A stretch of 64,000 nucleotides of DNA from Ignavibacteriota bacterium (GTDB taxonomy: Bacteria > Bacteroidota > Ignavibacteria > Kapaibacteriales > UBA2268), in NCBI GenBank assembly GCA_024636855.1, contig JAGXGG010000042.1, positions 536 through 64,535 on the forward strand. The letters run 5' to 3'. Of the stretch, positions 1 to 9,788 are shown piece by piece. Under the pieces are notes generated by a model, which was not told the origin of the DNA, ran no database searches, and worked only from the letters and a program-made list of their open reading frames with translations. The position numbers and the translations under genes are program-made. Every line of letters begins with the position of its first letter. Positions within the stretch are counted from its first letter, which is position 1.

Positions 1-306
1 ATTAGCTTCTGCACCGAATAGTTCACCCGATAACCGTTCTGATATCTCGAAAGTATTTATATCTATCTTTTTAGTTATCTCCCAGCTGATAGTATCGCGA
101 GTATATTTGACTTGCTTAGGCGTAGCTTCCCAATATCCGTCCGCATAGAAATGAATATAGCTACTTTTCTGACCTACGGCTGGGGACTCGAATTGTATAT
201 ATCCTGCATCTTCTACTGGGTTTTGGTCATCACCAGGTCCTATATTTGGATCCTTACACGCAGCAAATATCATCACTGCCATTAATATATATAATATCTT
301 TTTCAT
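1..306 (-). CDS. Lipoprotein of unknown function (N-terminal 102 codons; gene runs off the left edge)
   Basis: The reverse complement reads ATG at 304-306 and then MKKILYILMAVMIFAACKDPNIGPGDDQNP, which is a signal peptide plus lipobox Cys. The frame stays open to position 1. The ATG overlaps the stop of the upstream gene (ATGA at 303-306). Confidence 0.6.
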   Translation of the reverse strand, partial: MKKILYILMAVMIFAACKDPNIGPGDDQNPVEDAGYIQFESPAVGQKSSYIHFYADGYWEATPKQVKYTRDTISWEITKKIDINTFEISERLSGELFGAEAN

Positions 307-1559
307 TTTACTTTTACCTCAAAATTCTTCGAAATCGGGATATTTGTTTTTAACATTTTTATAAATATATAATTATCATAATTTTTAGTTAGGTCAGAAT
401 TATCAGGGAACACGAATAAATTTCCTTTTATTCCGTATTCATCTCTTTTTAGATATTCTAACTCAAAATTCTTTGCTTTGAAGTTAGTCGTAGGAGCTTT
501 TATGATCAGCAAATCAAAGAACTCGAAATCAACCTCTATGTCTGCTGGTGTTAGCTCATCTATAGGACTAAATACAGAGAATAGCTCTGCATAATCACTT
601 ACCTTTGCGATAGTAGCAGATGTTTTGATAGATGCTTCTATACTGATTTGTCTATAATTCTCGTGATAAAATTTACCACCAGTGAATACATTATTTATTA
701 TAACTGTTGGGTTGAAATAAATAGGTAATCCAGTCTTTTTTATTTTAATAAAATGGTTTGCTTGCTTGTCTGTATTCGATTCTAATTTTATCATAGTGAA
801 TACGGAATTAACTATTATACGACCACCTTGTTGTTGTACATTAGTTATTCTATAATTATAAAGACCAGATTGGAATCTATTGTTACCTACACTGATTACT
901 ACTTCTTTTTCAAAATCAACATCATCGATAAAATCTGTTTCATTTGCATTATATTCGCTTTCCCATTGTTTAAACTCATCTTCAGAATTGAATACAGCTT
1001 TCCATCTTCGTTTACTATCTATTGTAATGTCTTCTGCAATCGTCTTGAACCCATCTAAATCTGGAACTTCACCGTCATTTTCGAATCGTTTGTTGAATTT
1101 AAAAATAGCATCTTTTCTGTTTTTAATAAGAATAGCTAAAGCCGGTGATTTGGCTCTCGAATTGACTCCTATTTTACGATATACTCGATAATTGATTTGT
1201 ATTATCCCTGAGTTATCTAAATAAATAGAGTCCAGAGAAATCAATGCTTTTTCTGAATATGTATTTCCAGAAATAATAACCAAAGCGTCTTTTTCTAATT
1301 CAATTTTCAATAATTTATCTACCAAATCTAGATTTGTAGTGGTCGAGTAATTAGAAATAATTCTCTTCAATTCCTTATCGTCTCTTATCACTAGTTCGGC
1401 AAACACTTCTGATTGGAATCCCAATTCCGTTTGGTCTATTATCTGGTATTCCAATACATCATTTATATCACGTTTAGTGTCTGGCTCAGCCGGATTCGGC
1501 TCTTTACATGCAGTAAAAAGTAGAATAGATGTGAGCAATATGTAAATATATTTTTTCAT
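303..1559 (-). CDS. Lipoprotein with three internal ~130-aa repeats (PrcB C-terminal-like modules), function unknown
   Basis: 418-aa ORF with a signal peptide and lipobox LLFTAC. Three repeat units each start with an F/L-E-K/F-hydrophobic run (LEKDALVIISGN, FEKEVVISVGNN, FEFFDLLIIKAP). The start is translationally coupled to the anti-sigma gene (TAATG at 1557-1561). Confidence 0.6.
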   Translation of the reverse strand: MKKYIYILLTSILLFTACKEPNPAEPDTKRDINDVLEYQIIDQTELGFQSEVFAELVIRDDKELKRIISNYSTTTNLDLVDKLLKIELEKDALVIISGNTYSEKALISLDSIYLDNSGIIQINYRVYRKIGVNSRAKSPALAILIKNRKDAIFKFNKRFENDGEVPDLDGFKTIAEDITIDSKRRWKAVFNSEDEFKQWESEYNANETDFIDDVDFEKEVVISVGNNRFQSGLYNYRITNVQQQGGRIIVNSVFTMIKLESNTDKQANHFIKIKKTGLPIYFNPTVIINNVFTGGKFYHENYRQISIEASIKTSATIAKVSDYAELFSVFSPIDELTPADIEVDFEFFDLLIIKAPTTNFKAKNFELEYLKRDEYGIKGNLFVFPDNSDLTKNYDNYIFIKMLKTNIPISKNFEVKVK

Positions 1560-2845
1560 TAGAATTGGACACTTATCCCGTAGTTTATACCGATTTTACC
1601 CGAGTTAAATCTATCACCTTGATATTGGAAAGACATATTATTGTATTCTAATCCTAGTATCATATTCAAATTATCATAAGGCGAATACATCAAACCACCC
1701 ATCAGACGGCCTACTACTCCTATCTTATTACCACCGAATGTGAACTGAGCAAAAGGGTCTATAGTAGCACTCATGTCATAGCTATAGCGACCAAGGAAGC
1801 TGAGAGTAGTGAAGTTTGGTTCTTGTCTATATAGGTATGTAATATCATTTATATCTTTACCTGTGAACTCTAGTAAGAAAGTCTCTTGTCTTAGCTCAGA
1901 GCCAACGGAGAATCCATTCTCAAAATTGTACATTATAGAGATCGAATTATTATTGAACTGTGATAAATCAGTCTTATTGAAATCATACGAATTTGTATTG
2001 AAAGTCTGACTTCCTTTCCATTCCGCAGACCAACTACTAGTTCCATTTCTTGGTTGCAATAGCATAGGTTCTATATTATTATCTATTTTCATAGAGCTTA
2101 TTTGCTCTTGTAGTGCAAGATTGGTAGAACCCAACTGACTTATTAGTTTTTCGCTTTCTTTATGCTTTTGATTTAGTTCTTGATAGTTTTCATTATTCAA
2201 ATTCAAATTACCTTGTACTGTTCTTACTTCATAGCTGAGAGTTGCAATCTCTGACTTTTGAGCCATTATAACCGAACTTTGCTCTTCAACTTTTGCAGCA
2301 TATTCGCTTATTTGTTGTTGCAAAGAATTATTTACATTCATTGCTCTTTCGTACATTGCTTTGTATTTTGTATCTTCTTTATACACTACTACTTCCTTAG
2401 AAGAAACCATAGGCGTTTCATGAGGTATTACAACTTCTAGTTGCTGAGAAAGATGAGCAGAGTCAATATTCTGAATTTCATTCTTATCACTAGTTCCTAT
2501 ACCCCAAAGTATAATAGCTGTAACAACAGCTGAAAGCACTCCAGTAGCTAATAGTGATTTGAAACCATAACCAATAGCCGAACCAGTAGCCGTAGTTGCT
2601 ACACCTCCAGTCACTGCATCAGCAACAGGGATAGATAAACCAAGCATAGCGAATACTGCTTTTTTCGACTTTTTGTTCTTAGTGAAAGCGTTTCGATTAT
2701 TTTTGACAGCCGCAGAAATAGCGAGCAAGTTTTTAAACTCACCTCTCATTTCTTCGTTTGTTGCCATTTCGTTGAAAAGCTCTTGCTCTTGCGACGGATC
2801 CAATTCACCTTCTACGAAACTATTTATTTTCTCAAATTCACTCAT
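1559..2845 (-). CDS. Anti-sigma-factor-like membrane protein with periplasmic coiled coil and C-terminal OMP-type beta-barrel-like domain
   Basis: The N-terminus (FVEGELDPSQEQELFNEMATNEEMRGEF) resembles anti-sigma N-domains. A Gly/Ala-rich hydrophobic region lies at about residues 64-115, followed by a Q/E/K-rich heptad-like stretch. The last ~170 aa show an alternating hydrophobic pattern and end ...GINYGISVQF. The gene starts 17 nt downstream of the ECF sigma gene. Confidence 0.6.
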   Translation of the reverse strand: MSEFEKINSFVEGELDPSQEQELFNEMATNEEMRGEFKNLLAISAAVKNNRNAFTKNKKSKKAVFAMLGLSIPVADAVTGGVATTATGSAIGYGFKSLLATGVLSAVVTAIILWGIGTSDKNEIQNIDSAHLSQQLEVVIPHETPMVSSKEVVVYKEDTKYKAMYERAMNVNNSLQQQISEYAAKVEEQSSVIMAQKSEIATLSYEVRTVQGNLNLNNENYQELNQKHKESEKLISQLGSTNLALQEQISSMKIDNNIEPMLLQPRNGTSSWSAEWKGSQTFNTNSYDFNKTDLSQFNNNSISIMYNFENGFSVGSELRQETFLLEFTGKDINDITYLYRQEPNFTTLSFLGRYSYDMSATIDPFAQFTFGGNKIGVVGRLMGGLMYSPYDNLNMILGLEYNNMSFQYQGDRFNSGKIGINYGISVQF

Positions 2846-2862
2846 TGTATTTACCTTTCGGT

Positions 2863-3504
2863 CTATTTACTTATATCTTTTATATATGGTTTTAGAGTAC
2901 TTATTATCATTTTTCTTGCTCTCATAACTCGGATTTTAGCAGTAGCTAAAGCGATTGATTCTATCTCAGCTATTTCTCTGTATTTCAATCCGTCGAATTC
3001 TTTGAACATAAACGCTCTTCTATATTTATCTTTTAGAAACTCCGTTGACATTATTATCAACTCTAATAGTTCCTTATTCTCGTATCCACTAGTATTATCA
3101 CTTGCTATATCATAGTCACCTAGTGGGGTATTACGATTATCTTTTCTCTTCGTATTCAAACACAAATTACGAGCAACTTTTATCAAAAATCCCGGTACAT
3201 TTGGGAATTCATTACCTTTTTTAATTGTATTATAGAACGTAATGAAGGTCTCTTGTACTAAATCTTCTGTTATTATATGGTCCCTAATCACAGTAATAAC
3301 ATAAGCTCTAAGCATAGTCTCATAGCGGTCATATAGCTCACTAAAAGCTATTTCCTCTTCTTGTTTGCTCTCAAACATTAGTGAGATCAATTCTAAGTCG
3401 TTATGTTTCTTTAAATTCCTATTCATAATCCGCATTATGTCACTGTCTAAACCTAATAACACATAAATCCCAAAAAGGGAACAAAAATATGTTAATTTTC
3501 CCAT
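2863..3504 (-). CDS. ECF-type (group 4) sigma-70 family RNA polymerase sigma factor
   Basis: Region 2-like segment AFSELYDRYETMLRAYV...DLVQETFITFY. Region 4 HTH-like segment YRRAFMFKEFDGLKYREIAEIESIALATAKIRVMRARK. The true start is probably internal (MRIMNRN at about 3435 or MNRN at about 3426), because the first ~23 residues of the ORF look non-native. Confidence 0.85.
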   Translation of the reverse strand: MGKLTYFCSLFGIYVLLGLDSDIMRIMNRNLKKHNDLELISLMFESKQEEEIAFSELYDRYETMLRAYVITVIRDHIITEDLVQETFITFYNTIKKGNEFPNVPGFLIKVARNLCLNTKRKDNRNTPLGDYDIASDNTSGYENKELLELIIMSTEFLKDKYRRAFMFKEFDGLKYREIAEIESIALATAKIRVMRARKMIISTLKPYIKDISK

Positions 3505-3574
3505 AATTATACTAATGATGGGGGTAATATACTAAATATTAGTCAAGGAGTGTGGTTTAGAATGAGTCAAACTA

Positions 3575-5833
3575 CTATTTTATTTTGATGAACTTAGCTG
3601 CTTTGCCACCAATTTTCACAAAATAAACAGATGGAGCAAATTTACTTATATCTATAGTTAGCTTATTCTTGAACTGAGTATCTATTTGCATTAGCTCTTT
3701 GCCGTGTATATCAACTATTGTTATCACATCGGAACTAATATTATCTATAGTTATATAGTCATTTGCTGGGTTTGGAGAAATGTTAAAATCATTAATAACT
3801 GTATTATTTACTGAGGTAGGAATACACAAGACATTGTTTTCCAAATCAAAGAAATCCTTTAGATGCTGCCTAAAGTAACACTCTCTTTCACGAGCGAAAT
3901 ATGTTAGATAATAATCTATATCAGCTAACCATTTTTCTTTACTTTCAGGGAATCCAAATCTTTGTATGTTGTTATCTATTTCACGTCCATAAGTAGTCAA
4001 AAAGGAATCTATTTTGATTTTAATTCTGTTGAATCTAAAGTCATTTTCAAGCAACACAATAGCTCGGTTAATAAACTTATTTCTAAATTCATTATTCTTA
4101 AATAGACTTTGTTGAAAAATATTCTTACTTCTGGGGTTAGGCCACTTTTCACTCTCTAATTGATTAGTATGTTCAAACATATTCATGTCTGGGTCTTCCC
4201 ACCCTGCATCAATATCAAAGAATAAATTCTTATACTTTTTTTCTTTGCCTTGACCATTCCAAATTAAGTAATTTGAGCCTGGCCAATCATAATTTGCGAA
4301 GTACATTTCGGCAATATAATAATCTATAAAATCATCTATATCTAAATGGTTTTTTACAAACTCATAGTTTTCATTTATCGATATATCATTATCCTTTACA
4401 AAATGGTAAATCTCTGAAAACTCATCATAAGAGCCATTTCTAGGGGAATCCCGATTATCAACAGATACTATGTTTATACTATCTTTATCCAAATCATACT
4501 TTTCAGCTAAGTAGTTCTCATCTAGGCGAGTTCTTAACTCACTAATCCCCCAATAGTTTCCATTTATATAAACAACTACTGGCTTTACATAAGTTCTTTC
4601 ATGAACAAGGTTTTGAATACAACTTAAAGTTAATGCATCTTTGATTAAAGTTCTGCTCATACAAGACATAGTTGAGCGAATTACTAAACTATTAAATTCA
4701 TCTACGGGAGCATCTTCAAAAAAAATATTTTTAAACTTATTTATCCCGTACTTTTTACGAGCATAGAACCTTAGTGATTTCTGTGGCGCTGTCCTAGTAG
4801 TCTCACCGTGCAGCTGTATTCCAGTATCCTCTTGAAAAGTCGTTTTACCATTCTCAAAGTAAGAAATTGTAGCAGGTTTTTCCCACCCCTTTTGAAAGTA
4901 ATTACCTGTCCAACAAGGTATGTCAATGTCCCAGTTTACACCCGGTACAAATATCCCCGAGTCCTGGCTAAATAGATTATAGTTATCTATTACGATACTC
5001 ACGACAGGCAAATTATGATTACTATGGAAGAAGAAGGAGTTCCTATAAACCTTACCCCTATTACCATCATTATCAATAGTACAATAGCTGATTACTTTAC
5101 ATCGTGGAATCTCTTCTTTAGGGATATACCACTTTACTCTGCAATTAGTACTATCCGGGCCAGTTGTAGGTATATCTAAGTATTCATATACCTCGTACTC
5201 ATCTTTTATTGCGATTGCACTTTCGTAAAGTTTTGACTCTATTGTTGGGTCATCACCATTGGTTGTATAGTAGATTTTCTGTCCAGCAGCAGCAGTTAAA
5301 TTCAAGTCAAACTCTGAAGTATATATTCCTGATTCTTTATCAGTTATAATGGTACCACTTAAACTATTTGACTTACCCGGTGTGGGAATAGCTAAAGGAG
5401 TAAGAAATTGAGAGTTTTCTTCTAGTCGTCCAAAGGAGTAATCTTCATTAATAGATCCGAATTCAACTTTGTCAATTATATTTGTACCATCAGTTAAATA
5501 GAGTGTCTCACCCTTACTTGATAATTTGAAATTCGAATGTTGATCCCCTGCCGTTAACTCACCCAAACCAGAAGCATAAACTAACATAAACTGATTGGAA
5601 GGTAGTATCTGTGAAGTGAATTTCCATTTATCTAATTTCTTCTCGTCATCCGTTAGATAATAGTTAGAAAGTTGTTCCGGTTTATTAGAGTTGTTATATA
5701 TCTCTACCCAATCGTAGTACTCTCCATCTGCTGCTTGGAGTAATTCATCATTATCTGAGCAAATTTCGTTGATTTGTAGCTGTCCATAGCTGATATAGCT
5801 AAACAGTAATAGTAATATTATTATATATTTCAT
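3575..5833 (-). CDS. Secreted CotH-family (atypical kinase fold) protein with N-terminal lamin-tail domain and T9SS C-terminal sorting domain
   Basis: Signal peptide. LTD-like segment LQINEICSDNDELL...YYDWVEIYNNS...YYLTDD. CotH-like core YVKPVVVYINGNYWGISELRTRLDENYLAEKY...YYIAEMYFANYDWPGSN. The C-terminus ISPNPANDYITIDNI...VYFVKIGGKAAKFIKIK is typical of T9SS sorting domains. Confidence 0.8.
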   Translation of the reverse strand: MKYIIILLLLFSYISYGQLQINEICSDNDELLQAADGEYYDWVEIYNNSNKPEQLSNYYLTDDEKKLDKWKFTSQILPSNQFMLVYASGLGELTAGDQHSNFKLSSKGETLYLTDGTNIIDKVEFGSINEDYSFGRLEENSQFLTPLAIPTPGKSNSLSGTIITDKESGIYTSEFDLNLTAAAGQKIYYTTNGDDPTIESKLYESAIAIKDEYEVYEYLDIPTTGPDSTNCRVKWYIPKEEIPRCKVISYCTIDNDGNRGKVYRNSFFFHSNHNLPVVSIVIDNYNLFSQDSGIFVPGVNWDIDIPCWTGNYFQKGWEKPATISYFENGKTTFQEDTGIQLHGETTRTAPQKSLRFYARKKYGINKFKNIFFEDAPVDEFNSLVIRSTMSCMSRTLIKDALTLSCIQNLVHERTYVKPVVVYINGNYWGISELRTRLDENYLAEKYDLDKDSINIVSVDNRDSPRNGSYDEFSEIYHFVKDNDISINENYEFVKNHLDIDDFIDYYIAEMYFANYDWPGSNYLIWNGQGKEKKYKNLFFDIDAGWEDPDMNMFEHTNQLESEKWPNPRSKNIFQQSLFKNNEFRNKFINRAIVLLENDFRFNRIKIKIDSFLTTYGREIDNNIQRFGFPESKEKWLADIDYYLTYFARERECYFRQHLKDFFDLENNVLCIPTSVNNTVINDFNISPNPANDYITIDNISSDVITIVDIHGKELMQIDTQFKNKLTIDISKFAPSVYFVKIGGKAAKFIKIK

Positions 5834-8100
5834 TATCTTATTATTATGAATTTTACTATTCTATTACCCATTCTGATAAAATAAACAGACGGAGCTAATT
5901 TACTTATATCTACTTTTAGTTTACTTATATACTTACTATCTAAACTCATTAGTTCAGTCCCTTGCAAATCATATATTGAAATATAATCCGATGATACGTT
6001 TTCAACTGTTATTATGTTATTTGCAGGGTTTGGAGAGATAGATGGAGAACCAGAATTAATATCTGATATACTTGTTTTAGAACATAATATTTCTTCATCT
6101 AAGTTAAAGTGATTTACCAAATGCTCTTTATAATAGCAGCCACGTAGCCGAGCAAACTCATAATAGTCTCTGAATAGTGTCTCTTGCCACCTTGATTCAC
6201 TCTCTGGGAAATGCCATCTATCCATATTTAGACTCAATTCGGGTCTATATTGATTGGCATATTTATCTATGATTGGTTTGATTTTTTCATAAGTAAACTC
6301 ATTGTCGATTAGATACAATGCTCTATCTATGAAATGTTGTCTGAATTCATCGTTAGATAATAATTTGGAAAAAATTACATTAGTACTACTAGGGTTAGGA
6401 TATTCGTCATGCTCCATTTGGGTAGTAAACTCTATCATATCTCTCTCCCTATCACGCCAACTAGCGTCTAGGTCGTAAAATATCGGCTTGTATCTTCTAT
6501 CAACTACCGAATTCCAAAATTGTAGGTTATTACCGGGCCAATCTGTATTTGCAAAATAAGTTTCTGCTATATAATAATCTATTATCTGAGGTATATCATA
6601 TACTTGCTTTATATATTCATAATTTTCTTCTAAAGAAAGATCATTTTCAACTATGAAATCATATACAACTTTCATTTTTTGATATTTAATTTGTCCTGGA
6701 GTACCAAAAACAACTGGAGCTACTATATCAATGCTATCTTTATCTATATCATATTTTTCTGAGAAAAACTCTTCGTCCAAGCGATTCCTTATCTCGTGTA
6801 TTCCCCAATAATTACTGTTGATATAGGCGACGACTGGTCTTATATATGTTTGTTCGAAATTTAACCCTCTTACACATTCCATAGTAACAGCATCTTTGAT
6901 TAAAGCCATACTATGGTCGCTCATAGTACCACGAAGAATTAGATTATCAAGTTCATTTATATCTAATTCAGGAAAATATAAATTCGGGAATTTGTTTATA
7001 CCGTAACTCTTTTTCGCATATAGACGCAATGATTTTTGAGCAGCATCTCTAGAACCTGAGCCGTGTATTCGAACTCCAGCATTATGTTCAATTATTAGCC
7101 TCTCATTCTCAAATAAAGAATAAGTTATAGGTCTTTCCCACTCATCACCTCTCATCTTATAATTACCAGTCGAACATGGATCCTTTTCGTCGAAATTTAC
7201 ACCTGGTACATAAATGCCTGTATCAAAACTAAATAGATTTAGATTATCAGTTACTAAACTAATGACTTGTAAGGCATGAGGGTTTTGGAAAAAATATGAT
7301 TTGTTATATACTTTACCTAATTCTCCATTCTCATTAATTAAACGATAGCTGATTACTTTACAGCGAGGTATTCCTGTCTCAACTTTTTTCCATTCAAAGT
7401 AGCATTTCGAAGTATTAGTTGGAGTAGTTGGGACATCTAAGTATTTGTAATATTCATAATTGTCTTTTATTTCTATTGCGCCTGTGTATTCCAATGATTG
7501 GACAGTAGGGTCATCTCCGTTAGTAGTATAGTAGATTTTTTGACCAGCAGCAGCATATAATTTCAAATCAAATTCGGAGACATAATAACCTGATTCACGA
7601 CTTGCTAATATGGTTCCGCTATTTCTGTTTGATTCACCTGGTGTGGGCTTTGCGAGATGCGTTACAATTTCAGAGCTTTCTTCTATTCTCCCAAAAGTAT
7701 AATCTTCATTTATTTTTCCGAATTTAATTCTATCTATTATCTTCGTACCATCAGTTAAATAGATAGTTTCTCCATTGCTCGAGAGTTTGAAGTTTGCATG
7801 TAGTTCATCAGGAATATTTATATTATCGTCAGAAGCATAAATTATTATATATTCATTCGAAAATAGAACTCCATAATCTATATTCCACTTTTCTAGGTCA
7901 TTTTTATCATCTGTTAAATAATAATTATACATCTGAATAGGATTATCAGAGTTATTATATATCTCTATCCAATCATAATATTCGTCATTAGCGGATTGTA
8001 ATAGTTCATCATTATCCGAACATACTTCATTGATTTGTAATTGTGCTAAGCCAGTGTAACAAAGCAACAATATTAATATTAATAATCTTCTCATCCCCAA
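5833..8100 (-). CDS. Secreted CotH-family protein with lamin-tail domain and T9SS sorting domain (tandem paralogue)
   Basis: Architecture and motifs match the downstream gene (LQINEVCSDNDELL, YIRPVVAYINSNYWGIHEIRNRLDE, YYIAETYFANTDWPGNN, C-terminal ISPNPANNIITVENV...VYFIRMGNRIVKFIIIR). Its stop shares one nt with the next ATG. Confidence 0.8.
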   Translation of the reverse strand: MGMRRLLILILLLCYTGLAQLQINEVCSDNDELLQSANDEYYDWIEIYNNSDNPIQMYNYYLTDDKNDLEKWNIDYGVLFSNEYIIIYASDDNINIPDELHANFKLSSNGETIYLTDGTKIIDRIKFGKINEDYTFGRIEESSEIVTHLAKPTPGESNRNSGTILASRESGYYVSEFDLKLYAAAGQKIYYTTNGDDPTVQSLEYTGAIEIKDNYEYYKYLDVPTTPTNTSKCYFEWKKVETGIPRCKVISYRLINENGELGKVYNKSYFFQNPHALQVISLVTDNLNLFSFDTGIYVPGVNFDEKDPCSTGNYKMRGDEWERPITYSLFENERLIIEHNAGVRIHGSGSRDAAQKSLRLYAKKSYGINKFPNLYFPELDINELDNLILRGTMSDHSMALIKDAVTMECVRGLNFEQTYIRPVVAYINSNYWGIHEIRNRLDEEFFSEKYDIDKDSIDIVAPVVFGTPGQIKYQKMKVVYDFIVENDLSLEENYEYIKQVYDIPQIIDYYIAETYFANTDWPGNNLQFWNSVVDRRYKPIFYDLDASWRDRERDMIEFTTQMEHDEYPNPSSTNVIFSKLLSNDEFRQHFIDRALYLIDNEFTYEKIKPIIDKYANQYRPELSLNMDRWHFPESESRWQETLFRDYYEFARLRGCYYKEHLVNHFNLDEEILCSKTSISDINSGSPSISPNPANNIITVENVSSDYISIYDLQGTELMSLDSKYISKLKVDISKLAPSVYFIRMGNRIVKFIIIR

Positions 8101-8112
8101 ATATAATCAATA

Positions 8113-9612
8113 TCAATCCATTGTGAAACTATCAGGGTAATATTTGTTTGCAAGGTTTACAAATTCATCACCTCTGACAAACATGTCCATATCTACTTCT
8201 TCTATACTATCTTTGCCACATGCTGCGAGTAATTCCATTACAGCATATACTGTGTTATTATGAAAGTTAAATACTCTTTCGGCCTTATCGCTTACTACTA
8301 ACCCCTTTACTAGCCCTTCTTCTTGGGTAGCTACTCCTGTGGGGCAATTGTTCGTATTGCATCGTAATGCTTGGATACAGCCAACCGCAAACATAAATCC
8401 ACGAGCTGAATTACATATATCTGCTCCTAATGCTAGATTTTTAAGTATAGATTCTGCTGTCACTATCTTACCCGATGCTACTAAGTTTATTTTATCTCTC
8501 AATCCATATTTTTTCAAGGTATTATTAACGAAAATTAGCCCAGGTTGTAGAGGCATGCCTACGGAGTCAGAAAACTCTAGAGGTGCAGCACCAGTTCCAC
8601 CTTCAGCTCCATCTACTGTAATGTAATCAGGCATCATTCCTGTCTTTTCCATCAGCTCACATATTTCTCTAAATTCCTCTGTTCGACCTATACAGAGCTT
8701 CATACCTATTGGCTTTCCTCCTGACAACTCCCGTAGTTTTTCTATGAACTCTAATAACCCCATAGCATCATTGAATTCCTTGTGGCCTGGAGGTGACAGT
8801 ACTGTAGTTCCGGGCTTTATATGTCTAATTGCTGCTATCTCTTCTGTGTTTTTTATAGCGGGGAGTACTCCCCCATGACCGGGTTTCGCTCCTTGAGATA
8901 TTTTTAGCTCTATCATTTTAATTTCTGGAAGAGCAGCTTTCTCTTTAAATGTTTCTGGGTTGAATCGGCCATCATCAGTTCTACAACCAAAATAACCTGT
9001 ACCGATTTGCCAAACCAAATCTCCACCTTGTAAATGATAAGGTGATATACCTCCCTCACCAGTATTGTGGTAAAACTGTCCTTTGATAGCACCTTTGTTT
9101 AGTGCCATAATTGCATTTTTACTCAATGCCCCAAAGCTCATAGCTGAGATATTGTAAATAGATGCAGAATAAGGCTTTTCGCATTTTGAACCACCTATCA
9201 CTACTCTTGGAAGTTCGTGCTTTGGTTCTTTAGCATAAATAGAGTGTCTCAAACCCTCATAATCCATATTATCCAATTCATTCTGCGTACCGAATGCAAC
9301 CGTATCACTAACATTCTTTGCTCTTCTATAAACTAATGAACGGTGATTACGTGAGAATGGTCTTCCTTCTGTAGAGGTCTCTATGAAGTATTGTTGTATT
9401 TCCGGAGAGATAAATTCGAATAAATATCTGAAATAGCCCAAAAGAGGGAAATTCCTCAGTATAGTATGCTTCGTTTGGAATACATTGTATATACCCAATA
9501 CGTAGAGGGCTGCAATTATAGCAAATATCCAAGTTGGAAAAATTTGTAAGTATGTAGGTATAAAAAGAAGTATCAGGATGATAAGACCACTGACTAAATA
9601 TTTCGTTCTCAT
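8113..9612 (-). CDS. FMN-binding glutamate synthase family protein (GltB central-domain-like), membrane anchored
   Basis: Two N-terminal hydrophobic helices. The motifs ISQGAKPGHGGVLPAIK and ITVDGAEGGTGAAP are characteristic of the glutamate-synthase-related FMN domain. Confidence 0.85.
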   Translation of the reverse strand: MRTKYLVSGLIILILLFIPTYLQIFPTWIFAIIAALYVLGIYNVFQTKHTILRNFPLLGYFRYLFEFISPEIQQYFIETSTEGRPFSRNHRSLVYRRAKNVSDTVAFGTQNELDNMDYEGLRHSIYAKEPKHELPRVVIGGSKCEKPYSASIYNISAMSFGALSKNAIMALNKGAIKGQFYHNTGEGGISPYHLQGGDLVWQIGTGYFGCRTDDGRFNPETFKEKAALPEIKMIELKISQGAKPGHGGVLPAIKNTEEIAAIRHIKPGTTVLSPPGHKEFNDAMGLLEFIEKLRELSGGKPIGMKLCIGRTEEFREICELMEKTGMMPDYITVDGAEGGTGAAPLEFSDSVGMPLQPGLIFVNNTLKKYGLRDKINLVASGKIVTAESILKNLALGADICNSARGFMFAVGCIQALRCNTNNCPTGVATQEEGLVKGLVVSDKAERVFNFHNNTVYAVMELLAACGKDSIEEVDMDMFVRGDEFVNLANKYYPDSFTMD

Positions 9613-9788
9613 AAGTTATTGCTGACTTTTATGAATTGAATTTAATAACATACGAAATCCGTGTAGAAATTTAATAAAAAGTGCAAAAAATTTCCCAAAA
9701 TGTAATTTTTTTAATCAATAATTGTTGTTATCAAGTGCGGATATTACTATATTTAGAAACTAATTTGTATTTAAATTATTAAAAAGGT

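Noticed and set aside
828-1191. Plus-strand ORFs 828-1058 and 880-1191 inside the 418-aa lipoprotein gene. Many similar 60-190-aa ORFs lie antisense to long genes (for example 20833-21189, 22552-22926, 29320-29757, 31470-31862, 32325-32714, 46767-47111 and 59121-59702).
   Set aside because: Each lies fully inside a much longer opposite-strand gene with clear family motifs. Their translations are low-complexity (S/L/F/I-rich), as expected for shadow ORFs in AT-rich DNA.
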